Notes: generated from the sequence alone by a model not told the origin. A stretch of 23,283 nt of DNA from Tubiluchus corallicola (GCA_030141605.1 JAQGDQ010001855.1:1-23283), one strand, 5' to 3'. Positions 1-11,067 are shown, numbered from the stretch's first letter. Numbers and translations: made by a program.

Positions 1-328
1 CAAAGTAAATAATACATTACTTCCCATTTACCAAAGTAAATAATACATTACTTCCCATTTACCAAAGTAAATAATACATTACTTCCCATTTACCAAAGTA
101 AATAATACATTACTTCCCATTTACCAAAGTAAATAATACATTACTTCCCATTTACCAAAGTAAATAATACATTATTTCCATTTACCAAAGTACATAATAC
201 ATAACTTCCCATTTACCAAAGTAAATAATACATTACTTCCCATTTACCAAAGTAAATAATACATTACTTCCCATTTACCAAAGTAAATAATACATTACTT
301 CCCATTTACCAAAGTAAATAACACATTA
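1..328. repeat. 31-bp minisatellite (caaagtaaataatacattacttcccatttac), about 10.5 copies, cut by the window edge
   Basis: Unit starts at 1, 32, 63 and so on; copies are nearly identical. Confidence 0.95.
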
Positions 329-419
329 TATGCTGACACAGTAAAGAAATTAGAAATTGCAATTATTGTTAATGAAAATAGGATTTTTAATGCCACCCTG
401 CTGCTGTCATCATCGTTGT

Positions 420-603
420 TACCACTACCACCAGCACCAACACCACCACCACCACCACCACCATTACCACCACCGCCACCACCACCACCACCAGCACCAC
501 CAACACCACCACCACCACCACCAGCACCACCAACACCACCACCACCAACACCAACACCACCACCGCCACCGCCACCACCAACACCACCACCACCATTACC
601 CAT
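420..603. repeat. Imperfect (CCA)n microsatellite
   Basis: Runs of cca/acc with scattered variants. Confidence 0.92.
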
Positions 604-627
604 AGAAGTGGGTGGAATGCTCTAAAA

Positions 628-1003
628 CCCGCCGAGAGAATTTGTGCGGCCCGCGAAGAGATTTGTCAACCTAATGAAAGTGCGGCCCGGGCGATTAATT
701 GAGTGTATCCAGCTGAAGTCCGTGCCACGATCCCAAAGATAGTGCGGGTAGTTTTTTCTACTAGATCAGATGCCATTAACCCTTACAAGACGGTTGTAGC
801 TTAATGTCACTGTACTACACAGACTGTGTGATACACATTACTAATCTGCATTGTAATGAAATTACCACTATCTGTCCTGAAAGTAGAAATATATGGTTTG
901 TAATATAAATTTTAATAACTTCTAAAATAGTTTCTTGAGTGCAGTAGTAATGATGTACGCAGGTCTGATGCAAAAAAATTGTTATTAGGCCTTTCTGTAC
1001 TTG
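628..1003 (+). mobile_element. Truncated, interrupted copy of the hAT-like MITE at 20547-20791
   Basis: 628-751 matches 20567-20690 (124 bp, one mismatch seen). The match resumes at 986-1003 (taggcctttctgtacttg). Confidence 0.8.
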
Positions 1004-1051
1004 CTGACCGGACTTGATATCGCTTATATCTGAATGCGCAAAATAAGTTAC

Positions 1052-1201
1052 CTCGGGCATGTTCATGTCGTCGATGAAATAGACGAGTCGTTTTGTACCG
1101 GGTGGTCCGTAATTCCTGCCCGCTTTCTTCTCGAGTGGCTTCTCTAAGACGCGTTGGAGCATCTCCGAGGAGGTATAGAAGTTGAACGGAACATTGGCAA
1201 C
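1052..1201 (-). CDS. DNAH9/DNAH17-like: Dynein heavy chain exon 12 (AAA3 Walker B): [50 protein letters not shown]
   Basis: Acceptor tggcag|GTT and donor GAG|gtaact; 150 nt; YFIDD Walker B. Confidence 0.95.
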
Positions 1202-1353
1202 CTGCCAAAAATTTCATATATTTTGATTAAATTATGAGTTTTAAATTAAATTCAAAATAAATATTGAAATTAATGGTAAAACATTTTATGTGTTTGCATA
1301 TCAAAATCGCTCATAAGTCGGTAGTTAAACTTTTCTAGTTATTCATACATCCT

Positions 1354-1772
1354 GAATCTCCATTTCATGAGGATCATTTTGATACTAAGTTCATCACTCT
1401 ATGTTATTTCTAAGCTGAGATAATCCACGTTGAAGTTGAGGTGCAGGCTGTGCAGTGAAAAACATAACCTTGAGAAAATCACTGTTAAGGTCAGCCATTG
1501 TTTTTTGCCGTGTTTCTTATGAATGTTGGTTGCTACGGACGTTGCAAGAACATATTGAAGTTATGTTTAAATCCTGTAGATGGCTCTTCTTCACATGGAT
1601 CTGGACTTGGCAACAGAAAAACCACAAAGTAAATTGACTGGTTCCACGAACTGCTATCAGAGTTTGAAAATACAATTTTTTTGTAATTGCAGTACTAGTT
1701 TTTACCAGAAAAGTGGGCACGGGGTTAATAAATCGGTTTTTAGCATTTTTTAACATTTTCTTGATAATTTGA
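1354..1772 (+). repeat. Dispersed repeat of about 420 bp, copy 1 (probable TE fragment)
   Basis: Aligns in direct orientation with 6969-7401, from gaatctccatttcatgag to ttttcttgataatttga. Confidence 0.85.
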
Positions 1773-1877
1773 TGCTAGAATATAAAAGTCCTATACATTT
1801 AGCATTTGTTTTTATAAAAAACGAAAAATTTACATTTGACCAAATTTTTTGTGCGCTTTCTCAGAAGCGTCATAACG

Positions 1878-3299
1878 TAGTTTCAACTATGCCGACTTGT
1901 GGACGGTTTTGGTTTGCAAGCAACACATACTATGTCACTTTCTCATAGTTTCAGCTATGCCGACTTGTGGACGGTTTTGGTTTGCAAGTAACACATACTA
2001 TGTCACTTTCTCATAGTTTCAACTATGCCGACCTGTGGACGGTTTTGGTTTGCAAGCAACACATACTATGTCACTTTCTCATAGTTTCAACTATGCCGAC
2101 TTGTGGACGGTTTTGGTTTGCAAGCAACACATACTATGTCACTTTCTCATAGTTTCAACTATGCCGACTTGTGGACGGTTTTGGTTTGCAAGCAACACAT
2201 ACTATGTCACTTTCTCATAGTTTCAACTATGCCGACTTGTGGACGGTTTTGGTTTGCAAGCAACACATACTATGTCACTTTCTCATAGTTTCAACTATGC
2301 CGACTTGTGGACGGTTTTGGTTTGCAAGCAACACATACTATGTCACTTTCTCATAGTTTCAACTATGCCGACTTGAGGACGGTTTTGGTTTGCAAGCAAC
2401 ACATACTATGTCACTTTCTCATAGTTTCAACTATGCCGACTTGTGGACGGTTTTGGTTTGCAAGCAACACATACTATGTCACTTTCTCATAGTTTCAACT
2501 ATGCCGACTTGTGGACGGTTTTGGTTTGCAAGCAACACATACTATGTCACTTTCTCATAGTTTCAACTATGCCGACTTGTGGACGGTTTTGGTTTGCAAG
2601 CAACACATACTATGTCACTTTCTCATAGTTTCAACTATGCCGACTTGTGGACGGTTTTGGTTTGCAAGCAACACATACTATGTCACTTTCTCATAGTTTC
2701 AACTATGCCGACTTGTGGACGGTTTTGGTTTGCAAGCAACACATACTATGTCACTTTCTCATAGTTTCAACTATGCCGACTTGTGGACGGTTTTGGTTTG
2801 CAAGCAACACATACTATGTCACTTTCTCATAGTTTCAACTATGCCGACTTGTGGACGGTTTTGGTTTGCAAGCAACACATACTATGTCACTTTCTCATAG
2901 TTTCAACTATGCCGACTTGTGGACGGTTTTGGTTTGCAAGCAACACATACTATGTCACTTTCTCATAGTTTCAACTATGCCGACTTGTGGACGGTTTTGG
3001 TTTGCAAGCAACACATACTATGTCACTTTCTCATAGTTTCAACTATGCCGACTTGTGGACGGTTTTGGTTTGCAAGCAACACATACTATGTCACTTTCTC
3101 ATAGTTTCAACTATGCCGACTTGTGGACGGTTTTGGTTTGCAAGCAACACATACTATGTCACTTTCTCATAGTTTCAACTATGCCGACTTGTGGACGGTT
3201 TTGGTTTGCAAGCAACACATAATATGTCACTTTCTCATAGTTTCAACTATGCCGACTTGTGGACGGTTTTGGTTTGCAAGCAACACATACTATGTCACT
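1878..3299. repeat. 68-bp minisatellite, about 21 near-identical copies
   Basis: Unit tagtttcaactatgccgacttgtggacggttttggtttgcaagcaacacatactatgtcactttctca; the ORF track repeats every 68 bp. Confidence 0.97.
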
Positions 3300-3746
3300 G
3301 AGTGCATACTGAATCTAACAAAATTAATTTTTCAAACAGTTTTTTGAAAGCAGAAATTTAACTCCATCCCTACAAATATACATGTACTCAGAAGCTCGGA
3401 GGATGTTCAAACAATTTTTTACACATTGATGCTTTGGTTTCAGGAAACGATCGTAATGTGTTACCTACAAGAATCGAAAATAAATCCAAATTGAAAATAA
3501 TTCGAAAATATTTAAATTTTTTTTTCAAATCATTTATTTTTTCATGCCAATATAACAATACAAAGAAAAATAAATAAATATAAATATATATATATATATA
3601 ATAGGTATAAATAAAAAAAGTCAAACAAATGGGAAGGGGTGGCGAAAAACATTAGTTATCGAATCAGCCACCCCAAACCGAGTATTAAATTAGTATTATA
3701 CAGTGCTGTAATTACATATTAATTGTATATAAACTGAAGTATACCC

Positions 3747-3750
3747 ACAT

Positions 3751-3790
<40 letters not shown>
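3747..3790. repeat. (CA)n(TA)n microsatellite
   Basis: Seen directly; a shorter (TA)n lies near 3583-3601. Confidence 0.85.
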
Positions 3791-4170
3791 ATTATAAATA
3801 TATGTACTCTAGTAATATTAAAAAAAGTTCTTTCATTAAATTATGTATTTCATGCATATCATGCTACAGATCAACATTAATTAATGACTCAATGAACTTA
3901 GCAAAATAATATGACATGCAATTTAATTTCATGAAGTTAGCTGGCTGATGTTTCGTATTTCAGGAAATATGGCCCCCGTCTGGTAGTACAACCCCCCACT
4001 TGTTTCTGTGTCGCGCAAAACTGCGCAGACAAAGATTAAACATGCTAATCAAACACACAATTGTCCCAAGAGTCCTGTGTTTAATTTCGAAACTTCGCTA
4101 TTTTCTTACTAAACATCAGCAGAACGACACAACAACTTGTTAATCGCAAGTATAAATGTGAAAATGCCTT

Positions 4171-5235
4171 TAAAGGGAAGAACAAGTCAGTCAGTATGTT
4201 GGGTTTATTTTACTGTTATCACTTAAACTGTTTGTGGTGTGCTAAAGGAAAGAACAAGTCATTCAGTATGATGGGTTTATTTTACTGTTATCACTTAAAC
4301 TGTTTGTGGTGTGCTAAAGGAAAGAACAAGTCTCTCAGCATGTTGGGTTTATTTTACTGTTATCACTTAAACTGTTTGTGGTGTGCTAAAGGAAAGAACA
4401 AGTCTCTCAGCATGTTGGGTTTATTTTACTGTTATCACTTAAACTGTTTGTGGTGTGCTAAAGGAAAGAACAAGTCTCTCAGTATGTTGAGTTTATTTTA
4501 CTGTTATCACTTAAACTGTTTGTGGTGTGCTAAAGGAAAGAACAAGTCATTCAGTATGTTGAGTTTATTTTACTGTTATCACTTAAACTGTTTGTGGTGT
4601 GCTAAAGGAAAGAACAAGTCACTCAGTATGTTGGGTTTATTTTACTGTTATCACTTAAACTGTTTGTGGTGTGCTAAAGGAAAGAACAAGTCACTCAGTA
4701 TGTTGGGTTTATTTTACTGTTATCACTTAAACTGTTTGTGGTGTGCTAAAGGAAAGAACAAGTCACTCAGCATGTTGGGTTTATTTTACTGTTATCACTT
4801 AAACTGTTTGTGGTGTGCTAAAGGAAAGAACAAGTCACTCAGTATGTTGGGTTTATTTTACTGTTATCACTTAAACTGTTTGTGGTGTGCTAAAGGAAAG
4901 AACAAGTCACTCAGTATGTTGGGTTTATTTTACTGTTATCACTTAAACTGTTTGTGGTGTGCTAAAGGAAAGAACAAGTCACTCAGTATGTTGGGTTTAT
5001 TTTACTGTTATCACTTAAACTGTTTGTGGTGTGCTAAAGGAAAGAACAAGTCACTCAGTATGTTGGGTTTATTTTACTGTTATCACTTAAACTGTTTGTG
5101 GTGTGCTAAAGGAAAGAACAAGTCACTCAGTATGTTGGGTTTATTTTACTGTTATCACTTAAACTGTTTGTGGTGTGCTAAAGGAAAGAACAAGTCACTC
5201 AGTATCTTGGGTTTATTTTACTGTTATCACTTAAA
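4171..5235. repeat. 72-bp minisatellite, about 14.8 copies
   Basis: Unit taaaggaaagaacaagtcactcagtatgttgggtttattttactgttatcacttaaactgtttgtggtgtgc; starts at 4171, 4243 and so on. Confidence 0.97.
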
Positions 5236-5808
5236 ATTAGAAAAATATAACATAGAAATTTGCAATTAATGGCCTATAAAGTATAAATTAAAATAAATTA
5301 CCTCTGAATAGAAATTTTAGAATGCGGTGGCTGCCATCATTCAAAAATTATGAAGTAACTGAGAGACTTCGTGACTTTTCGTAACCTCGCCCTGCTTAAA
5401 CTAATTCAAACTTCTGCAGCTTACCTAACGCTCACGCAAAAATATTACAAAATTACCCATCTAATGTTTTTGAAAAAACTCATTGTACTTTTTTATAAAG
5501 ATCGACAGCGCGCTACATTTTTTCAGGACAAATGGCATCACTGGAAGAACAATAGGCATTGAAAATGGGAGCGTTCAAACATGAAGTGATCGTGACTTTA
5601 AAGTGATTTTACTAATTACACGAGACGCTTATTGCAGTTTTATTACTAAGTCCATGTAACATTTTTTGCAAACATTGACATAAGCCTCAACCTCCCAGAA
5701 GGGTTGACCTTTCCTTTAATTAAAACAGTAATTAAAACTACACAGGTGCAATTAAAAATGTTAAAATATCAGGAAACGTGATGGCAGTAATAAAATGTAC
5801 TCTCTTAC

Positions 5809-5964
5809 CATATACTCTTCTGACATATTGCTAAGTTTGTCTCCAATCAGGACGGTTTTCCCCGATCCGGCTCCGCCCACGAGCATAACCGGGCGTCGTT
5901 TGGCCATCAGAAGATCGAGAAAAAAGCGCAAGCGAGTAGTCTCAGCCGTGGGCACCAGCACGGC
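5809..5964 (-). CDS. DNAH9/DNAH17-like: Dynein heavy chain exon 11 (AAA3 P-loop): [52 protein letters not shown]
   Basis: Acceptor ttacag|GCC and donor ATG|gtaaga; 156 nt; Walker A GGAGSGKT. Confidence 0.95.
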
Positions 5965-6265
5965 CTGTAACGAGAAGACGTAACTTTGAACTCAAGAACG
6001 TTCGCAGCGGCTACCGAAAGTGCAAAAAAATTACGACAAAAAACGATGGTGATAAAAAACCTTTTAATGTTGCTAATTTGATTATTTAAATGGAAATGTT
6101 GGCAAAAGTTTCAAGTGATAGTTTCAAGCATCAACACACAGTGAAACCTCGCTATAATGTCCAGATTTTTAACAAAAAAATGCTGTAAGGCCTCGCTTAA
6201 CGACTCCCCGTTTAGCGACGTTTCGTTTTAACGACGTTGAACATTTGACACCTTTTTTCACTTAA

Positions 6266-6710
6266 CCCTTTCAGTCCCAAATTATTTTTTTAATAAGACA
6301 AATTTTTTGGCTTGGTACTTTTGTTCAGTATGTCCATCTTGTTTACACATAATTATTTTTTCTACCTGTGCCTGCGTGCTAAATATAGCCTGTATCCCAC
6401 GGGATACATTGGGATTCAATGGAAGCATAAAATGTGCTTCATTTTGCAACTGCTGATAATTTTTTAAAGTATTTAAGACATTTAGTATGCACGCTACGCT
6501 GATCTGTACAGTCGTCTCTAAAGTACTGTACCTTGCGCAATTTTTTATGCAATGTAGATTTTCTAGTTTGCCATTTTATCACCGTTTTTAGTCTATTGTT
6601 ATTGGCTTAAATCAAAATAACTGTTAACAGATCAAATAACTGCCAATTTTATTAATTTTAAAGGCAGAAAATATTCTCGTATCCCACGGGATACAACGGG
6701 TATGAAAGGG
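6266..6710. mobile_element. piggyBac-like MITE (445 bp)
   Basis: TTAA on both sides (6262-6265 and 6711-6714); 13-bp TIRs ccctttcagtccc / gggtatgaaaggg (11/13 match); CCC...GGG termini typical of piggyBac. Confidence 0.82.
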
Positions 6711-6968
6711 TTAACAATGCACCGATTCGTTTTAACGACGATTTTTTTACTTTGCTCAAAGCCAATTTTTACTTTATCAACAACTTTTTCACCTAATTTC
6801 ACACATCAGCACATATTGCACTACAAAAACACACTAGTAACATAAACAGTGCAATTATTATACAAGTATAAACGTTTTTGGTTCCCGACTGACCACTAAA
6901 TGACCGCCGTTTGGCGTTTGTATCGAGCGAAACCTGGGAGTAAACTTTATGCAGGGAAATTTTTTCTA

Positions 6969-7401
6969 GAATCTCCATTTCATGAGTATCATTTTGATAC
7001 CAAGTTCATCACTCTATGTTATTTCTAAGCTGAGATAATCCAAGTTGAAGTTGAGGTGCAGGCTGCACACTGAAAAACATAATCTTGAGAAAATCACTGT
7101 TAAAGTCAGCCATTGTTTTTTGTCGCGTCTCTACAAAACACTTAGCAACCGTACAAATGTTGGTTGCTATGGACTTTACAAGAACATATTGAAGTTATGT
7201 TTAAATCCAGTAGATGGCTCTTCCTGATATAGATCTGGGCTTGGGAACGGAAAAAACCCGAAGCATAATGGCTGCTTCCACGGAGTTTGAAAATACAAGT
7301 TTTTTTTTACAATTGCTGTACTATTTTTTTGCCAGAAAAGTGGGTACGGGGTTACAAAACTCAATTTTTAGTATTTTTTGAACATTTTCTTGATAATTTG
7401 A
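6969..7401 (+). repeat. Dispersed repeat of about 430 bp, copy 2
   Basis: Diverged direct match to 1354-1772. Confidence 0.85.
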
Positions 7402-7506
7402 AGTTTCGTTTTGTTAAAAATGTGGACGTCAAGCGAGGTTGACATTACAATGCATGAATCATGTTTATTGTAAAAACTTTTCGCCACGAAGGTAAAGCTA
7501 CCCTAC

Positions 7507-7680
7507 CTGCAACGGCTCTTCCGGATCCAGCTCGAATTTCGGCACTTTGTCCGTCCACGGTGCAAACTTCTTGCTGTCCGTGCAAATGTAGTAGTCGAAC
7601 ACCGTTCCGGTGCTGGGAAACTTGATCGTTTTGAATTCGGTCACCCACCATTTTGAAAACTCCACCCGATAATCGATTAG
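7507..7680 (-). CDS. DNAH9/DNAH17-like: Dynein heavy chain exon 10: LIDYRVEFSKWWVTEFKTIKFPSTGTVFDYYICTDSKKFAPWTDKVPKFELDPEEPLQ
   Basis: Acceptor ctgcag|CTA and donor CAG|gtaggg; 174 nt. Confidence 0.94.
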
Positions 7681-7808
7681 CTGCAGAAATACAGAAAGTG
7701 CAAAAGACAATCCAGAATTCATAAAAAGTGGCTCTTTAATTAAAAGCATTTTTGTAAATTGTTTGATTCATCATTAAAGTGCAGTCGCCCAGTAAATTTT
7801 TGTTAATA

Positions 7809-8759
7809 CAGTAAACTCCGCGTGAATGAAATTTTTGCCAAACTCAAAGAATTTCAGCAGAACGGATGAAATCCTTCGTTTTCCCCACAAAAAAACATCG
7901 CTCAACTCAAAATGTCGCCTAACTCAAATAAGAATTATGGTCTGTTTAATCAAAATACGTGTAATTTACTTCGCCTAACTCAAAAATGCAATTTTTGCTC
8001 TAGAAAAATAAAAAGTTTCGTACATCTGAAAAAAAGTATCGTCTTCCGGGAAAATTCTAAAATTGTGATGTCTTACAAGACGGCCCCCCTCCCCCGATTA
8101 TTGGACACACAAACTGAACTGCACTAAATCAGACATTGATAGTCCCACTGTCATATTGTTTAACAGTGTTGTGTACGTGTCCTTTTGTAACATAAAAAAA
8201 TCATGTTTCCCTACATAATTTGTCATTCTTTATGTAATTGTCATCAAATCTTGTCGTTTATGTATAGAAGGGTTGACTTTCTGCCTTCTATTTAGCTCAG
8301 CCATCTGGAGGAGGGGTTTAGAGTTTCTCTACATAATTTGTTATTCTTTATGTAATTGTCATCAAATCTCGTCGTTTATGTACAGAAGTGTGGACTTTCT
8401 GCCTTCTATTTAGCTCGCCATCTGGAGGAGGGGTTTAGAGTTTCTCTACATAATTTGTCATTCTTTATGTAATTGTCATCAAATCTCGTCGTTTATGTAC
8501 AGAAGGGTTGACTTTCTGCTTTCTATTTAGCTCAGCCGTCTGGAGGAGGGGTTTAGAGTTTCTCTACATAATTTGTTATTCTTTATGTAATTGTCATTAA
8601 ATCTTGTCGTTTATGTACAGAAGGGTTGACTTTCTGCCTTCTATTTAGCTCCGCCATCTGGAGGAGGGGTTCAAACTTCCAATGGTGGAAAATGATCAAT
8701 ATCGCCTAACTCAAACTTTTTTCTGGTTCAATTGGATTTGAGTTATGCAGAGTTTACTA
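7809..8759. mobile_element. Tigger/pogo-like MITE containing the 118-bp tandem array
   Basis: TA|cagtaaactccgcgtgaatgaaat ... atttgagttatgcagagtttacta|TA (24-bp TIR, 18/24 match, TA flanks). The subterminal motif tcgcctaactcaaa recurs near 7898 (variant), 7915, 7971 and 8702. Confidence 0.72.
8206..8671. repeat. 118-bp tandem repeat, about 3.9 copies
   Basis: ctacataatttg starts at 8211, 8329, 8446 and 8564. Confidence 0.93.
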
Positions 8760-8896
8760 TATATCAGTGATCCGTAGCGTTGAATACTGAACGTATGATC
8801 TTTTCTAACGGACCAGATTTTGTACGAATTTTCCGGTATCCGTAAAAGCGTGGTCCGGCAAGCCGAGATGTGAGTGTATTTTAAAAGCCATTGTAC

Positions 8897-9043
8897 CTGA
8901 TCTTGAAACGTTGCTCCACCGAACGCCCAGACGCACGCGAACACGAAGTACAGCTCGTAAACGTCCTTGCTGGAATCGGCGGGGGTGTTTTCCGGTGTCA
9001 GGAGGACGTCCAGTAGGTAGCACAGCATCTGTATGTGTGACAC
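8897..9043 (-). CDS. DNAH9/DNAH17-like: Dynein heavy chain exon 9: [49 protein letters not shown]
   Basis: Acceptor ttctag|GTG and donor CAG|gtacaa; 147 nt; [13 protein letters not shown] motif. Confidence 0.94.
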
Positions 9044-9207
9044 CTAGAATAAACATTCATAGTAACGAACATTAAGTATGGACTTGTGTGTATTTCACAG
9101 AAATTTAGTCTCAAACACGGCCCCACCTGACTGAATTCATCCTTAATATCTGCTGTCTCGTCTTAAAATGTGACAAAGCTAATTAAGAGTAACGCTCTCT
9201 TTACTAA

Positions 9208-9802
9208 TGACCTGTTTAGACTGTCAGGCATCCCCGGTGGTTCGTCGTGAAAGTGGTGCGACACACTTTCCCGATAGTCTGAATGAACACGCGTGAACGA
9301 CCGATGAGATTCAACGTGCATAATTCTTGAATGACACTTGCTTACTTGCTGTCACCACCAGGTGGAGGCAGGCCAGCACAGGTAGCGTCCCGAACCATCG
9401 CGCGCCGCTGCTTCCGGTCCTCGCAGTACGACGGCAGGTCTGTGAGATCATCGGAAACTTGGTGGTAGCGGTCGAGCCCAAGAGGAGACACAATATCGCG
9501 CTTCATTTCATGCCAGAAATGCTTTTGTTGACCTCCTCTGCAGTGCTCCCACGTGCCGCGGCGTGCTGCTGCCACCGGCGCCGGTTCGAAGATGGAGATG
9601 AATGGTAGGCGGGAGCGGGCCATTCGAGCGACGTGCCCACAGATATTCCAGACGGCGAATTGAATGACACACTCCCCAGATGACATTTCACCGATGATAT
9701 TTGCCCAACCAGAGGTCTGAATATTTTTTGTAAATCTTGTAAAAATGAGAACTTTGAGTGACACTCAGTTACGACGGGGATGCCTGATAGTCTAAACGCG
9801 CT
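9208..9802. mobile_element. PIF/Harbinger-like MITE with GC-rich interior (about 595 bp)
   Basis: Inverted repeat gtttagactgtcaggcatccccg (9214-9236) and cggggatgcctgatagtctaaac (9775-9797), 22/23 match. TAA at 9205-9207 and 9803-9805 fits a TWA target duplication, but the outermost 5-6 bp do not pair well. Confidence 0.7.
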
Positions 9803-9896
9803 TAACACTCCAACACAGTACATTTCTTGTCTATGCTGGATCTATAGCAAACATTGTACCACACACATACGACACTACCCCACAAGCTGTCTATAC

Positions 9897-10016
9897 CATC
9901 ATCATCATTGTCATCATCATCATCATCTCCGCCACCGCCACCACCACCACCACCACCACCTGGGCATGGGCATCCTACTCTCTGCAATGATAATAAATCA
10001 TCATCATCATCATCAT
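9897..10016. repeat. Compound (CAT)n/(CAC)n microsatellite
   Basis: Seen directly. Confidence 0.88.
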
Positions 10017-10217
10017 ACGCCCGTCACGTCTATTGTAGACATTGGGCAGGCAGAATTCTAGAATAAAAGAAATCTGCCTTCAGACAGGTAAACGCAGCAG
10101 TAATCCAGCAAAAAAAACTAGACACTGCTACTCCAGTGGCTTGTCAGCACCACTTCCGTTCCTGGGAATAAATAATAAATATAAATACAAATGATAATAA
10201 ATATGAAAAGTCGTTAC

Positions 10218-10353
10218 CTCGGCAATAGGGGTAATCTTCTTGAACCTAGTCTTGAGAACCTCCAGACACGTGGGAATGTATTTGTCAAATAGAATCATGA
10301 GATTGGCCTTTTCCGACTGCACTTCGCGCGTCTCAATCCAACTCGTCACAAAT
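10218..10353 (-). CDS. DNAH9/DNAH17-like: Dynein heavy chain exon 8: (P)FVTSWIETREVQSEKANLMILFDKYIPTCLEVLKTRFKKITPIAE
   Basis: Acceptor cactag|A and donor GAG|gtaacg; 136 nt; completes CCA (Pro). Confidence 0.93.
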
Positions 10354-10820
10354 CTAGTGAAAATTTGAAACACGTGAAATTCGACTGTTGGTGCAAAATG
10401 CTGCGTTGTTCTTTCTCTCAAACTTGTGCGGACTAATTTTCAAACTCAACGTTCTGCGATAGAAATTACAGCATAATGTTGGTACAGTGGCTTGCTAGGG
10501 ACTCAGAAAAAAGTATTCTATAGCCAAGGTACCCAATATAAGCATATGTCTGAACCGAGAGGTACAGTACCTGTTTTTTTTGCAATGCATTTTCAATATG
10601 TTGATGACATCACAAACTAACATAATTTTCAACAGCAAAAATATTCCACGAGCGTGTTGCGCGTGTTTGCGAAAGCGAAAATTGAAGTACAGTGCTACTG
10701 TCACATATTCAGTGTGTTGTACTAAAACTAGGCAAGTTTTGAGATAAAAATTTAAATTTCAAATTTACCGCTGTACTCACGCATGAGCTATTGAATGCAT
10801 GCAGCTTGCCACAAACTAAC

Positions 10821-11067
10821 AGATCTGAACTGAGAGGTACAGCACCTGTTTTTTGTGCAATGCATTTTCAAAATGCAGGCGTTAGTGCCTGCCAACTAAC
10901 AAACGGCGAAATGCATGTAACGGCGAAGAACTAGTGGCGCGAACGTGAAATAGTGTTTGCGTGATAATAATTCTTTCACGTAAATCATTCTTGAAAAAAA
11001 TAGTATGTTTGCTTTCAATGTTTTAAGGAGTAGATTGTTTTGACATGCAGTTTAAGAGCGGTTTTGC
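10821..11067 (+). repeat. Dispersed repeat family B, copy A (a partial extra copy lies at 10546-10596)
   Basis: Reverse-complement matches to 17081-17310 and 21441-21606. The segment tctgaactgagaggtacagcacctgtttt also occurs, with variants, at 10546. Confidence 0.8.

Larger units (their letters stand above)
6139..7446. mobile_element. Tigger/pogo-like (Tc1-mariner superfamily) non-autonomous element enclosing nested insertions
   Basis: Imperfect inverted repeats of about 39 bp: cagtgaaacctcgctataatgtccagatttttaacaaaa (6139-6177) and ttttgttaaaaatgtggacgtcaagcgaggttgacatt (7409-7446). The left end begins with CAGT; the TA target duplication is degraded. Confidence 0.6.

Noticed and set aside
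295-625. Proline-, glycine- or histidine-rich ORFs (formin- or extensin-like)
   Set aside because: Translations of a (CCA)n microsatellite; the same applies to 9780-10066.
1878-3299. CRISPR-like regular repeats (also 1-328, 14923-15858 and 19773-20030)
   Set aside because: Units are head-to-tail with no unique spacers, there are no cas genes, and the context is a spliceosomal intron. They are minisatellites.
1967-3347. Series of identical 61-aa ORFs
   Set aside because: Artefact of the 68-bp repeat cycling through the reading frames.
4196-5269. 357-aa Cys-rich repeat ORF, the longest in the track
   Set aside because: It coincides with the 72-bp tandem array (a multiple of 3), is antisense within an intron and has no recognisable domain. 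Not called as a CDS.
9209-9221. 13-bp identity (gacctgtttagac) between the MITE left end and the exon 2 donor region at 20840-20852
   Set aside because: Too short, does not extend, and the exon sequence is explained by conserved LSKQ codons; treated as chance.
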